64,000 bases of DNA. Origin: an uncultured Gemmatimonadota bacterium. GTDB lineage: Bacteria > JAAXHH01. Below the pieces are notes generated by a model. That model was not told the origin of the DNA. It did not search any database and saw only the letters and a list, made by a program, of their open reading frames with translations. Within the stretch, counting starts at the first letter, position 1. Each line of letters opens with the position of its first letter. The translations under genes were made by a program, and so were the position numbers. Below, piece after piece: positions 9,195 to 18,846 of the stretch. Location of the stretch: contig OX638340.1 in NCBI GenBank assembly GCA_951812955.1, forward strand, positions 1,312,001 to 1,376,000. Reading direction: 5' to 3'.

Positions 9195-10280
9195 ATGGAC
9201 CGTATCAGGATCGGCGTGATCGGCTGCGGTGCGATCGCCCAGATTCAGCATCTGCCCCATATCGCCGAGCTCCGGGACCGGTACGAGCTGGCTGGGCTTT
9301 GCGACGCGTCCGCGAAGCTCGTGGACTTCATCGGCGGGATGTACCACGTACCCCAACGCGCCCGGGTCACCCGGTACGAGGAACTCCTCGGACTCGATCT
9401 CGACACCGTGCTGCTGTGTTTCGCCGACCCCAAGACCGAAGTGGCCGTCGCCGCGCTGAATGCGGGAAAACACGTCTTCATCGAGAAGCCCATGTGCTTT
9501 ACGGTCAAGGATGCGGACCGGATCATCGGTGCCGCCGAGGCTTCGGGCAAAACCCTGATGGTGGGGTACATGAAGCAGCACGACCCGGGATACCAGTTCG
9601 CGCGGAACGAGGTCCTCGCCATGTCGGATATCCGCTTCATCCAGGCCAACCACCTCCACTGCGGCAACGACCGGCACCTCCAGGAATTTAAGCTGTATGC
9701 CTTTGACGACGTTCCGCGCGACCTGATGGAGGACACGGCGCGGAGACGGGAACAGACCGTCCGGGATGCCATAGGCGACGCCCCGGAAGCAGCCCGCCGC
9801 ATCTTCTTCTCCCTTTCCGGAAGCATGATCCACGACATCAGCAGTTTGCGCGGCATGTTCGGGCCGCCGGAACGCGTGATCAGCGCGGAAGTATGGCGGG
9901 ACGGAACCAGCGTAACGACCGTGCTGGCCTACGAGAACGACGCGCGCTGCTCGGCGACCTGGACGAGCCTGCCAGGCCTGCATGATTTTCGGGAGACTCT
10001 GGAAGTCTTTGGCGCGGAGCGCCGCGTGAGCATCCGGTTTCCCACGGGATTCGACCGGGGACTGCCGACTCCGGTGACGGTGCAGGGCATGGACGGCGAA
10101 CAGCCCTGGAAGAAGGAACTCGTCGTAAACAAGCAGAATGCCTTCAAACTGGAAATGATCCACTTTCATGATTGCGTCGTGAACGGAAAACAGCCCATCA
10201 CCGACGGATACGGCGCCCGGCAGGACCACGCCCTGTGCCGGGACATCGTCAACGCGTACCTGGGGAAAAACACTACATGA
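9195..10280 (+). CDS. Gfo/Idh/MocA family NAD(P)-dependent oxidoreductase (inositol 2-dehydrogenase-like)
   Basis: N-terminal Rossmann motif IRIGVIGCGAIAQ. EKP motif (…HVFIEKPM…). 361 aa. Confidence 0.8.
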   Translation: MDRIRIGVIGCGAIAQIQHLPHIAELRDRYELAGLCDASAKLVDFIGGMYHVPQRARVTRYEELLGLDLDTVLLCFADPKTEVAVAALNAGKHVFIEKPMCFTVKDADRIIGAAEASGKTLMVGYMKQHDPGYQFARNEVLAMSDIRFIQANHLHCGNDRHLQEFKLYAFDDVPRDLMEDTARRREQTVRDAIGDAPEAARRIFFSLSGSMIHDISSLRGMFGPPERVISAEVWRDGTSVTTVLAYENDARCSATWTSLPGLHDFRETLEVFGAERRVSIRFPTGFDRGLPTPVTVQGMDGEQPWKKELVVNKQNAFKLEMIHFHDCVVNGKQPITDGYGARQDHALCRDIVNAYLGKNTT

Positions 10281-11209
10281 AGATCGTCTTCTGTACCCTG
10301 ACACTCAGTCCGTACCGTTCACCCGAAGCCGCGGAGCGAGGCTATCCCCTGGCCGAGGAGCGCAAACCCGTGTGGGACTGGCTCGTCCGTCACGGATTCG
10401 ACGGGATCGACCTGGGTGAGACCTGGTTCAACTTCTACGACGCCCCGGACGAGGTCCTGGTCGAACTCGGCGAGGAGGCGCGCGAGCATAGTCTCGAAAT
10501 CGGCGGACTGACCGTTCTGCGCAAGATCATCACCTGGCCGGCCCCGGAAGAGGTCCGCGCGACGAACCGGGGACTGCTGCGAAGGGCGGTAAAAGCGGCC
10601 CAACTCGCCGGCGCGCCGCTCGTCAACATGTCCATTTCGCCGCAACCCTGGGAAGTTGGCGTGCGCGAACAGGATCTCCGGGGACAGTCCGACCCGGTGG
10701 GCAGCAGCCTGCGGGCGCGGGACGAAGACTACGAGGAAGCCGCCGGGGTGTTGAAAGCGCTGGCCAGGGAGGCCGAACCGGAAGGCACCGAACTGACGCT
10801 GGAACTGCACCAGAACAGCATCGTGGACACCCCGGAGGGCATGCTGCGGCTCATCGATCTCGTCGGCCATCCCCTGATCAAGGCGAATCCGGACCTCGGC
10901 AATTTCTACTTCGCCTACGCGACACCCGACGGCGGCTGGGACGACGTGTGCCGGATGCTGGCGCCGCACACCAACTTCTGGCACGTCAAGAACATACAGC
11001 GGATCTACTTCCAGGAAGAAGACCGCGCACAGCACATCAACGCGCCACTCGGCGAGGGCATGATCGATTACCGGCGGGCGCTCCGGATCCTGCGGGACGG
11101 CGGATTCGACGGATATATCAGTATCGAGCTGGCCACGGGCGCCGATCCCTTCAACGCGATCCTGTCCGGGAAGCGATACCTGGACGAAATGATGCAGGAC
11201 GGGATCTGA
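10277..11209 (+). CDS. sugar phosphate isomerase/epimerase (xylose isomerase-like TIM barrel)
   Basis: ATG 10277 overlaps the stop of the upstream gene. The C-terminal …WHVKN…GEGMIDYRRALRILRDGGFDGYISIEL… is typical of AP_endonuc_2/TIM-barrel enzymes. Confidence 0.7.
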   Translation: MKIVFCTLTLSPYRSPEAAERGYPLAEERKPVWDWLVRHGFDGIDLGETWFNFYDAPDEVLVELGEEAREHSLEIGGLTVLRKIITWPAPEEVRATNRGLLRRAVKAAQLAGAPLVNMSISPQPWEVGVREQDLRGQSDPVGSSLRARDEDYEEAAGVLKALAREAEPEGTELTLELHQNSIVDTPEGMLRLIDLVGHPLIKANPDLGNFYFAYATPDGGWDDVCRMLAPHTNFWHVKNIQRIYFQEEDRAQHINAPLGEGMIDYRRALRILRDGGFDGYISIELATGADPFNAILSGKRYLDEMMQDGI

Positions 11210-11321
11210 GAGGCCGGCGATTTCCGGCCTGATTCCGGCATGACTATCGGCCTGATTCCGGCCTGATTCCCTTTAGCATCTTCCGGGTTTATTCCAATGG
11301 GCTTACCCACCTGATTCCTAT

Positions 11322-12566
11322 GTGGAAATCACCTTGAAACTGAACTTCTTCCAGATGTTTGCGCTGATGGGCCCGGGCATCGCCGTGGCGGCCACCGGGG
11401 TCGGCGCGGGCGACATGATCTCGGCAACCAACGCCGGGGCGAAATTCGGCACCGTGCTCCTGTGGGCCATCGTCTACGGCGCCGTACTCAAATTCGCCCT
11501 GAACGAGGGGATCGGCCGCTGGCAATTGGCGACCGGCACCACGCTGCTGGAAGGGTGGGTGGAACGCCTCGGCAGGCCCGTCCAGTATTTCTTCCTGCTG
11601 TACCTGGTCATCTGGTCCTTCCTGGTCGGAGGCGGACTGCTTTCGGCTTCCGGCCTGGCCGGCCACACGGTTTTTCCGTCTCTTTCGGTCGCCCAATGGG
11701 GTGTCATCCACGCCCTGGCGGCGTGCCTCATGGTCTGGTTAGGTAGATTCGGGTTTTTCCTGAAGGTCATGAAAGTGCTCATCGGCCTGATGTTCGTTAG
11801 TTTCCTGATCAGCGCCTGGGCGCTGCGTCCCGATCTGGGCGACGTCGTTCGGGGTATCGCGATACCCAGCGCGCCATCCGGATCGGTGGTCGCGGTACTG
11901 AGCGTCCTAGGCGGTGTAGGCGGAAGCCTGTCCGTCATGTGCTACGGATACTGGATCCGCGAAGCCGGGCGAACCGGAAGCGAATGGGTGAAGGGCATCC
12001 GAATCGACCTGGCAGGCGCTTACATCCTGACGGGTTTCTTCGGTATCGCGGTTATGATCCTGGGCGCCCAGATCCAGCCCGAAGCCGTGGGCCTGGACAT
12101 TGTACTGAGCATGGCCGACCGGCTGGAAGTGGCGATGGGACCCTTCGGAAGGTGGTCCCTCTACCTGGGATTCTGGGCCGCGGTCATCACGTCGGTCCTG
12201 GGCGTCTGGCAGGGCATCCCCTATCTCTTCGCTGATTTCATGTCGTTGTTCAAAAACGCGTCCAGCGAGGACCGGGAGAACATGGTCCGCACCGATTCGC
12301 CCTACTACCGGGGGTTTCTGCTGTTTCTGACCTTTCCGACCATGGTCTTGCTGCTCTTCGACAGGCCGGTCGCCGTGGTCATCGTATACACCGTTGTCGG
12401 CGCGCTGTTCATGCCGTTCCTGGCCGGGACCCTGCTCTACATGAACTCCCGGAAGGACTGGGTCGGCAGGCTGAGGACGGGATGGTTGCTGAACGCGATG
12501 CTGATCCTCGCGCTGGTCCTCTTCCTTTACCTGGGCGTCAACCAGTTGATTCAAACCCTGGGCTGA
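11322..12566 (+). CDS. NRAMP-superfamily membrane transporter with divergent metal-binding motif
   Basis: Multi-TM protein. Its N-terminus (…LMGPGIAVAATGVGAGDMISATNAGAKFGTVLLWAIVYGAVLKFALNEGIGRWQLATGT…) aligns to NRAMP TM1-TM2, but the canonical DPGN is replaced by GAGDMIS. Confidence 0.6.
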   Translation: MEITLKLNFFQMFALMGPGIAVAATGVGAGDMISATNAGAKFGTVLLWAIVYGAVLKFALNEGIGRWQLATGTTLLEGWVERLGRPVQYFFLLYLVIWSFLVGGGLLSASGLAGHTVFPSLSVAQWGVIHALAACLMVWLGRFGFFLKVMKVLIGLMFVSFLISAWALRPDLGDVVRGIAIPSAPSGSVVAVLSVLGGVGGSLSVMCYGYWIREAGRTGSEWVKGIRIDLAGAYILTGFFGIAVMILGAQIQPEAVGLDIVLSMADRLEVAMGPFGRWSLYLGFWAAVITSVLGVWQGIPYLFADFMSLFKNASSEDRENMVRTDSPYYRGFLLFLTFPTMVLLLFDRPVAVVIVYTVVGALFMPFLAGTLLYMNSRKDWVGRLRTGWLLNAMLILALVLFLYLGVNQLIQTLG

Positions 12567-12600
12567 CCACGGCCATCATCAGGAGAACGGAACAGAAGGC

Positions 12601-13773
12601 ATGACTCCGCACATCGGAATCGGCATTATCGGAATGGGCTGGATGGGCATGGTCCATGGCCGCGCCTACCGCCAGGTCCGGCAGCGATTCCACGAAAGCG
12701 AACTCCTTCCCGATCTGGTCATATGCGCCGACGATGTGGCAAACCGATGCGGGCAGGCCATGGACATGCTGGGATTCACGCGTACTACAACGGACTGGCG
12801 CAAGGTCATCGACGACCCCGAGGTGTCGGTTGTCAACATCACCGCGCCCAATTTACTTCACCTGGAAATGGTCCGCGCCGCCGCCGCCGCGGGCAAGCAT
12901 ATCTTCTGCGAGAAGCCCGTGGGCCGTTCCCCCGGCGAAACGGACGAAATCGCCCGGGCGGCCGCCGATGCCGGCGTGCTGACCTGGGTCGGATACAACT
13001 ACCGGTGGGCGCCGCTCGTGCAGCATACGCGCAGTCTCGTCGCAGACGGCAAGCTGGGGGACATCACCCATTACCGCGGCCGGTTCTTCGCGGGGTACGC
13101 GAGCCATCCGGACGGTGTGCTGTCGTGGCGATTTCAACGGGAACATGCGGGTAGCGGAGCCCTGGGCGACCTCATGTCCCACGTTGCCGACATGGCCCAC
13201 ATGCTCGCGGGACCCATCAGACGCGTAGTCGGCCAGCAGGCGCTGATCATCGAAGACCGGCCCGTCGCCCCAGCCGGCGAAGGCACCCATTTTTCCGTAG
13301 GGACCGGAGGCAATCGGGAACCGGTGACCAACGAAGACTACGCCGGGGCGCTGGTGGAATTCGAGAACGGCGCGCGGGGAACCTTCGAAGTCTGCCGCGT
13401 GATCCAGGGAACGAAATGCCAGATGGCCTTCGAGATCCACGGCACAAAAGGCGCGGTCCGGTGGGATTTCGAACGAATGAACGAACTTCAACTCTATTCC
13501 GTCGATGGCCTGCACGACGGTTTTGTAACGCTTCAGAGCGGTCCGGCCTATCCCGGGCATGCGCACTTCAACCCCGGGCCGGCCGTGGGACTGGGATACG
13601 ACGACCTAAAGGCGATCGAGACCTTCCACTTCCTGCAGTCCATCGCGGCGGGCAGACAGGGTGAACCGGGTTTCAGCGAAGCGCTGGCCGTCGCGCGGGT
13701 GCTTTCCGCGATCGAACGCTCCTGGTCGTCCGACCGGTGGGAAACGATCGACAGTTCCTGCCTTGATCGGTAG
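12601..13773 (+). CDS. Gfo/Idh/MocA family oxidoreductase
   Basis: [11 protein letters not shown] Rossmann motif and …IFCEKP… motif. 390 aa. Confidence 0.8.
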   Translation: MTPHIGIGIIGMGWMGMVHGRAYRQVRQRFHESELLPDLVICADDVANRCGQAMDMLGFTRTTTDWRKVIDDPEVSVVNITAPNLLHLEMVRAAAAAGKHIFCEKPVGRSPGETDEIARAAADAGVLTWVGYNYRWAPLVQHTRSLVADGKLGDITHYRGRFFAGYASHPDGVLSWRFQREHAGSGALGDLMSHVADMAHMLAGPIRRVVGQQALIIEDRPVAPAGEGTHFSVGTGGNREPVTNEDYAGALVEFENGARGTFEVCRVIQGTKCQMAFEIHGTKGAVRWDFERMNELQLYSVDGLHDGFVTLQSGPAYPGHAHFNPGPAVGLGYDDLKAIETFHFLQSIAAGRQGEPGFSEALAVARVLSAIERSWSSDRWETIDSSCLDR

Positions 13774-13916
13774 ATTCGGCCGTTGATCGATAGAGACAGG
13801 CCTATGATCGACAGTTCCGACCTTGATCGGCAGAACCGGCCGTTGATCGATCGAGACAGGCCGCGGCCCTCCTCCCGATTCAACCGGGATCAGATATTCA
13901 AACGAAGGAGCAGACC

Positions 13917-15806
13917 ATGGCATATCCCCACGAAAAAGTCCGTCTGACCACGGCGCAGGCGGTGGTCAAATTCCTCTCGGTGCAGTACAGTGAACGGGAC
14001 GGCTCGGAGCGTCGTTTCATTCCTGCGATTTTTGGGATTTTCGGCCATGGGAACGTGGCGGGGCTGGGCCAGGCGCTTTTCGAGTACGGACAGGATCTGA
14101 CCTACCATCAGCCTTGCAACGAGCAGTCCATGGTGCACACGGCTTCGGGCTATGCCAAGGTGAACCACCGCATGGCCACGATTGCGTGTACGGCTTCCAT
14201 CGGACCGGGGTCGACCAACATGTTGTCCGGCGCGGCAACAGCCACGATCAACCGCCTGCCCGTGCTCCTGTTGCCTTCAGACTACTATGCCACCCGGTAC
14301 CAGGGCCCCGTGCTGCAGCAGCTTGAGCACCCGGTGTCCGCCGAAGTCAGCGTCAACGACTGCTTCCGACCGGTCAGCCGGTTCTTCGACCGGATCAACC
14401 GGCCCGAACAACTGCTTACCGCTCTACCGGAAGCCATGCGCGTACTCACCGATCCGGCCGATACCGGCGCCGTGACGATCTCGCTGCCGCAGGACGTGCA
14501 GGCCCACGCATACGACTATCCGGCCCACCTCTTCGAAAAGCGCACCTGGCGCGTGGAGCGCAGGCCGCCGACATCGGAACGCATCGCGGAGGCAATCGAA
14601 ATGCTCAAAGGTGCGAAGCGGCCCATGATCATCGCGGGCGGCGGCGTACACTACTCGGAAGCATGGGACGCCCTGGCGGAGTTCGCCGGGAACTGCGGCA
14701 TTCCCGTGGGAGAGACCTTCGGCGGCAAGGGCGCCATGCGCGAATCCTCGCCCTGGGCAATCGGCGGGTTCGGGGTGACCGGCACGCCGGCGGGCGCGAG
14801 GGTCGCCGCGGAGGCCGACCTGGTCATCGCCGTGGGGACGCGTTTGACCGATTTCTCCACGGGCTCGCAGTCGGCCTTTTCCCATCCCGACGTGCGATTC
14901 ATCGGCATCAACGTGGCCGGACACGACGCCTTCAAGCAAGGGGCTCTGCCGGTGACTGCCGACGCCCGGGAAGCGCTGCACGCGTTGATCAAGGCCGCCG
15001 GAGAGGCCGGTATCCGTCCCGATGAGGCGTACCTGGCCGAAATTCGACGCCGCCTGGATGCGCACAGCCGGTCCCTGCAGGAGGAAGTATACGTCGACCC
15101 TCCCGGAGAGGCCATGAGCCAGGCCCGTCTCATCCGGACGCTCAACGAGGAAGCCATGGACGGTGATTGCGTCATTGCCGCGGCGGGCAGCCCGCCGGGC
15201 GACCTGCACCGGCTCTGGGACGTGACGGGCGGCGCGGCCTGCTATCTGGAGTTCGGCTTCTCGTGCATGGGCTGGGAACTGCCGGCCGGCCTGGGTACCC
15301 GCATGGCCGGGAAACACGACGAGGTCTACGTCTACATCGGCGACGGGACCTACCTGATGAACCCCACCGAACTGATGACCGCCATGCAGGAAGGCCTCAA
15401 GGTGACCGTCGTCATCTCGGAGAACCACGGTTACCAGATCATCCGTGCGCTGCAGATGGCCCGGGCGGGCCGGTCGTTCGGCAACGAGTTCCGGGGACGA
15501 GACACCGATTCGGACCGCCTGGAAGGGGCATACCTGAAGATCGATTTCGCGGCCAATGCCGAGAGTTTCGGCGCGCGGGCATGGCACGTCAAGTCACCGG
15601 ACGCGCTGCGACAAGCCCTCCGTGAGGCCCGATCGGAGACGCGGGCCTGCGTGATCGTGTGCGAGACCGAGAAACACCGCTACCTGCCGCCCTCAGACGT
15701 CTGGTGGGACATCGCGTCCGCCGAGGCGACCAACGATCCCATGACGCGGAAGCTGCGCGAGGGTTACGAGGCCGAACGGCGCAAGAGCCAGCGGTTTCAT
15801 TACTAA
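13917..15806 (+). CDS. iolD: 3D-(3,5/4)-trihydroxycyclohexane-1,2-dione hydrolase (IolD; thiamine-diphosphate enzyme)
   Basis: The N-terminus (…RLTTAQAVVKFLSVQY…IFGIFGHGNVAGLGQAL…) closely resembles Bacillus IolD. The 629-aa length matches TPP-dependent IolD. Confidence 0.8.
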   Translation: MAYPHEKVRLTTAQAVVKFLSVQYSERDGSERRFIPAIFGIFGHGNVAGLGQALFEYGQDLTYHQPCNEQSMVHTASGYAKVNHRMATIACTASIGPGSTNMLSGAATATINRLPVLLLPSDYYATRYQGPVLQQLEHPVSAEVSVNDCFRPVSRFFDRINRPEQLLTALPEAMRVLTDPADTGAVTISLPQDVQAHAYDYPAHLFEKRTWRVERRPPTSERIAEAIEMLKGAKRPMIIAGGGVHYSEAWDALAEFAGNCGIPVGETFGGKGAMRESSPWAIGGFGVTGTPAGARVAAEADLVIAVGTRLTDFSTGSQSAFSHPDVRFIGINVAGHDAFKQGALPVTADAREALHALIKAAGEAGIRPDEAYLAEIRRRLDAHSRSLQEEVYVDPPGEAMSQARLIRTLNEEAMDGDCVIAAAGSPPGDLHRLWDVTGGAACYLEFGFSCMGWELPAGLGTRMAGKHDEVYVYIGDGTYLMNPTELMTAMQEGLKVTVVISENHGYQIIRALQMARAGRSFGNEFRGRDTDSDRLEGAYLKIDFAANAESFGARAWHVKSPDALRQALREARSETRACVIVCETEKHRYLPPSDVWWDIASAEATNDPMTRKLREGYEAERRKSQRFHY

Positions 15807-15817
15807 AGGAGATTCCC

Positions 15818-16702
15818 ATGAACATCCGCATCGGCAGTGCGCCGGACTCGTGGGGCGTCTGGTTTCCGGACGATCCGAGGCAGACGCCGTGGCAACGTTT
15901 CATGGACGAGGTGGCCGAAGCCGGCTATGAATGGATCGAACTGGGGCCCTACGGCTACCTGCCCGCGGATGTCGACAGGCTGAAAGGGGAATTGGACGGA
16001 CGCAGCCTGAAGGTGACCAGCGCTTTCGCCATGGGGAACCTGGAAGATCCGGGCAGATGGACCGAACTGGAGCAGCAGGTGGAGGGTGCGGGTGAACTGC
16101 TGGCCGCCACCGGCGCCGGCTACCTGGTCCTGATCGACGGAACTTACTCGGACCTCTTCACGGGAGAACTGATCGAGCCCAGGACCCTGGACGACGAAGC
16201 CTGGCGGCGTCTCGTCGACACGACCCACCGCGTAGCCGATCTCGCCCGGGACGCATACGGACTGCAACTCGTTTTCCACCCCCACGCGGAGACCCACGTG
16301 GAATACGAGGAGCAGATCGAACGTTTCCTGGCGGACACCGACCCCGGACGGGTGGCGCTTTGTTTCGACGTGGGACACCACGCCTATCGCGGGGGCGATC
16401 CGGTCGCGTTCCTCGAAAAACACCGCGACCGAATCCCCTACCTTCATCTCAAGAGCGTGGATCCGGAGAAACAACGGAAAGTGGACGAAGAGAACATCCC
16501 CTTTGCCGCGGCGGTGGCCATGGACATGTTCTGCGAACCTTCGGCGGGCGTTGTGGACTTCCCGGCATTGCTTGAATTGCTGAAACGCATCGATTACGAC
16601 GGATACGCCATCGTGGAGCAGGACATGTACCCCGCGCCGTTCGACAAACCCTTTCCTATCGCGAAACGGACGCTGGAGTACCTGCGGGAAATCGGGTTTT
16701 AA
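15818..16702 (+). CDS. xylose isomerase-like TIM-barrel enzyme, IolE-like (candidate inosose dehydratase)
   Basis: AAGGAG RBS before ATG 15818. TIM-barrel sugar phosphate isomerase/epimerase family features. Sits immediately downstream of iolD. Confidence 0.6.
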   Translation: MNIRIGSAPDSWGVWFPDDPRQTPWQRFMDEVAEAGYEWIELGPYGYLPADVDRLKGELDGRSLKVTSAFAMGNLEDPGRWTELEQQVEGAGELLAATGAGYLVLIDGTYSDLFTGELIEPRTLDDEAWRRLVDTTHRVADLARDAYGLQLVFHPHAETHVEYEEQIERFLADTDPGRVALCFDVGHHAYRGGDPVAFLEKHRDRIPYLHLKSVDPEKQRKVDEENIPFAAAVAMDMFCEPSAGVVDFPALLELLKRIDYDGYAIVEQDMYPAPFDKPFPIAKRTLEYLREIGF

Positions 16703-16726
16703 AGAAGCGCCAGGACCGCGCATCGA

Positions 16727-17203
16727 TCACTGGGCTCGAGCCTGCCGCCTGCGCATAGCTCCGGGCAGCCAGGTGAACAACGTACCCAGCGTGATGCTCC
16801 AGACCGAACCGGCGAGGAATGTGGCCCCCGCCACCATGCCGCCGTTTAGAATGATCATGAGTGGACCCTGGAAGTTTTCTCTTCTCCCGGAATTCTCTGG
16901 CGAAAACCGTCCGTGATCCAGACCGACAAAGTAGGCCGTCGAATAAGAAATCAGGTTTGGAATGAACCAGACAAGGAAAGCCACTACGAGCAGCGACCCC
17001 GCCACCCGCCTCCAGGCCAGATGGTCCCACCGGCCTTTCCAGCCGTAGTACAGGTACGCCAGGGGCATCAGAATGTAAACGCCGAGGTACATCGACTGGT
17101 CTGGCGCGACGAAATCCAGCAGAAGGCGCGTCGCCGCAACGACCCAGCCGAAGAACACGAGTCCGCGGATGTCCGACCAGAGCGACGGTTGGTCCAATGT
17201 CAT
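16727..17203 (-). CDS. hypothetical integral membrane protein
   Basis: Four predicted hydrophobic helices. No recognisable motif. Confidence 0.4.
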   Translation of the reverse strand: MTLDQPSLWSDIRGLVFFGWVVAATRLLLDFVAPDQSMYLGVYILMPLAYLYYGWKGRWDHLAWRRVAGSLLVVAFLVWFIPNLISYSTAYFVGLDHGRFSPENSGRRENFQGPLMIILNGGMVAGATFLAGSVWSITLGTLFTWLPGAMRRRQARAQ

Positions 17204-17282
17204 TTAGATTCCTCCCTGAAACAGATTTGAGGGGATGATCAGTACTGAAAGTTTGCGGACCGTTTGTCCGCGAGCCAGCACT

Positions 17283-17912
17283 TCAATACTGGAAATGGGC
17301 CGACCGTTTGTCCGCGAGCCAGCCCTTAAAAGAACGCGCGTCCCGGTCCTTCCCGGAAATGATGGCCTTTCCGGCAGTGACCTTGTCGAAAGCGCGCTTT
17401 AACCCGCTGTCGCACAAGGACCAGTCCAAATCCGGGGCCAGCGGCGAGATACCGGCCTGGTTGCCGGGGCTGTATTCCCCGTCGCACAGGTACTCCAGGA
17501 CGCAGTCGGTCGTGCAGAAGAACCCGTGGGCGAATCCCGGCGGAACCCAGATCCAATCTCCGTGGTCCGCTTCGGGATCCTCTGAGATGTCCCGGGCGAC
17601 GATCCTGCCCAGAGTGGGAGACCCCAGCCGGATATCCAGCGCCAGGTCCACGACGCGTCCGCGGACGGCCCTGACCAGTTTGCCCATATGGGGATTCCAC
17701 TGAAAATGGAGGCCTCGCACCACGCCGGCTCGGGAAAAACTCTCGTTGATCTGTAGAAACCGGACCTCGCGGAGGAAACTGGTCTCCGGGTGATGGACGA
17801 GATCGCCAAGACGGTAGGATTCCGTGAAGTAACCCCGCTCATCGGTGTACCGGCCGAAACGAATGACCTTCAGATCGGGGATCGCAAGGGTCTCCACCGC
17901 ATCGATCTTCAA
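17283..17912 (-). CDS. rmlC: dTDP-4-dehydrorhamnose 3,5-epimerase (RmlC cupin)
   Basis: …RFGRYTDERGYF…GLHFQ…QGKLVRAVRGRVVDLALDIR…GDWIWVPPGFAHGF… is the RmlC signature. TTG start at 17912 is preceded by GGAGG. Confidence 0.8.
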   Translation of the reverse strand: MKIDAVETLAIPDLKVIRFGRYTDERGYFTESYRLGDLVHHPETSFLREVRFLQINESFSRAGVVRGLHFQWNPHMGKLVRAVRGRVVDLALDIRLGSPTLGRIVARDISEDPEADHGDWIWVPPGFAHGFFCTTDCVLEYLCDGEYSPGNQAGISPLAPDLDWSLCDSGLKRAFDKVTAGKAIISGKDRDARSFKGWLADKRSAHFQY

Positions 17913-18099
17913 CCGGGCCTCCTTTCCTGGACGTTTTACAGGGGAACAAGATAGGGCAAGGCTGAACCTCACAGCAAGGACGAAATAGAAAGGGCGAGGG
18001 CTCAGCGCTTGACAAGACTGGGCCCATTCTGTTGATTCGGGACAATACCCTGAACACCTCCTGGCGACACCTGTTTCGGAAAGAAAGGACACTCGTTTT

Positions 18100-18828
18100 A
18101 TGACAGGAGACTCCGGTCCCACACCGGCGGAACGGAAGCAATGGGAGGACCTTGGATACCTTGTCTTCGAAGAGGCGATCAGCGGAGATGTGCTGGCCCG
18201 TCTACAGCACGCCTTTGACTACTGGGCGGAGGCCTGCAAGGAGGAATGGCTCGGCCGCATTGCCAAGGGTGAGGCCGCGGCGACCTATTACGACATCCCG
18301 AATACCCTGGAGAAGGACGACGTCTTCATCGATATCCTCGACCGGCCGAAGTATTACAGATATATAAAGGCCTTCGCGGGGGACGACGCCATCGTCATCG
18401 GCGAACAGGTGCGGACAGCGCCGGTCTGGACCACAAGCTACACGGGCTGGCATCCCGACGTACCTCCCAGCCACCCGCTGCATATCAAGGTGCAGGTTTA
18501 CGTGAACGACGTAGAGCCCGGCGGGGGGGAATTCGCCTTCGTACCGGGCAGTCACCGGCCTGGCGCGGGGCCCTATCCCCGGGTGAAGAACCTTGCGGCC
18601 ATGCCCGGCCACAAACGGTTTGCAGGCAAGGCGGGCACGGCGATCATGTTCAATTCATACGGCTGGCACGTGGCCATGGAGAACCATACCGAAACGCCGC
18701 GTAAGTCGATTATCCTGATTTACGAAAAACGGACTCCGGACCGCGTCGCCGAGAACGAGAATCGGTTCGCTTCCATCTCACACGCGCTGAACACGCCGGA
18801 ACGCCACCGGCTCTTCGGAATATCCTGA
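18100..18828 (+). CDS. phytanoyl-CoA dioxygenase (PhyH) family Fe(II)/2-oxoglutarate oxygenase
   Basis: PhyH-like layout with the WHPD and HxD…H facial-triad region (…GWHPDVPPSHP…FVPGSHR…). Confidence 0.7.
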   Translation: MTGDSGPTPAERKQWEDLGYLVFEEAISGDVLARLQHAFDYWAEACKEEWLGRIAKGEAAATYYDIPNTLEKDDVFIDILDRPKYYRYIKAFAGDDAIVIGEQVRTAPVWTTSYTGWHPDVPPSHPLHIKVQVYVNDVEPGGGEFAFVPGSHRPGAGPYPRVKNLAAMPGHKRFAGKAGTAIMFNSYGWHVAMENHTETPRKSIILIYEKRTPDRVAENENRFASISHALNTPERHRLFGIS

Positions 18829-18846
18829 TTCGAGTCGAGAGGTAAC

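Noticed and set aside
8840-9219. ORFs 8840-9133 (-) and 8908-9219 (+)
   Set aside because: They overlap the two tRNA-Arg genes and have no RBS or domain. They are spurious.
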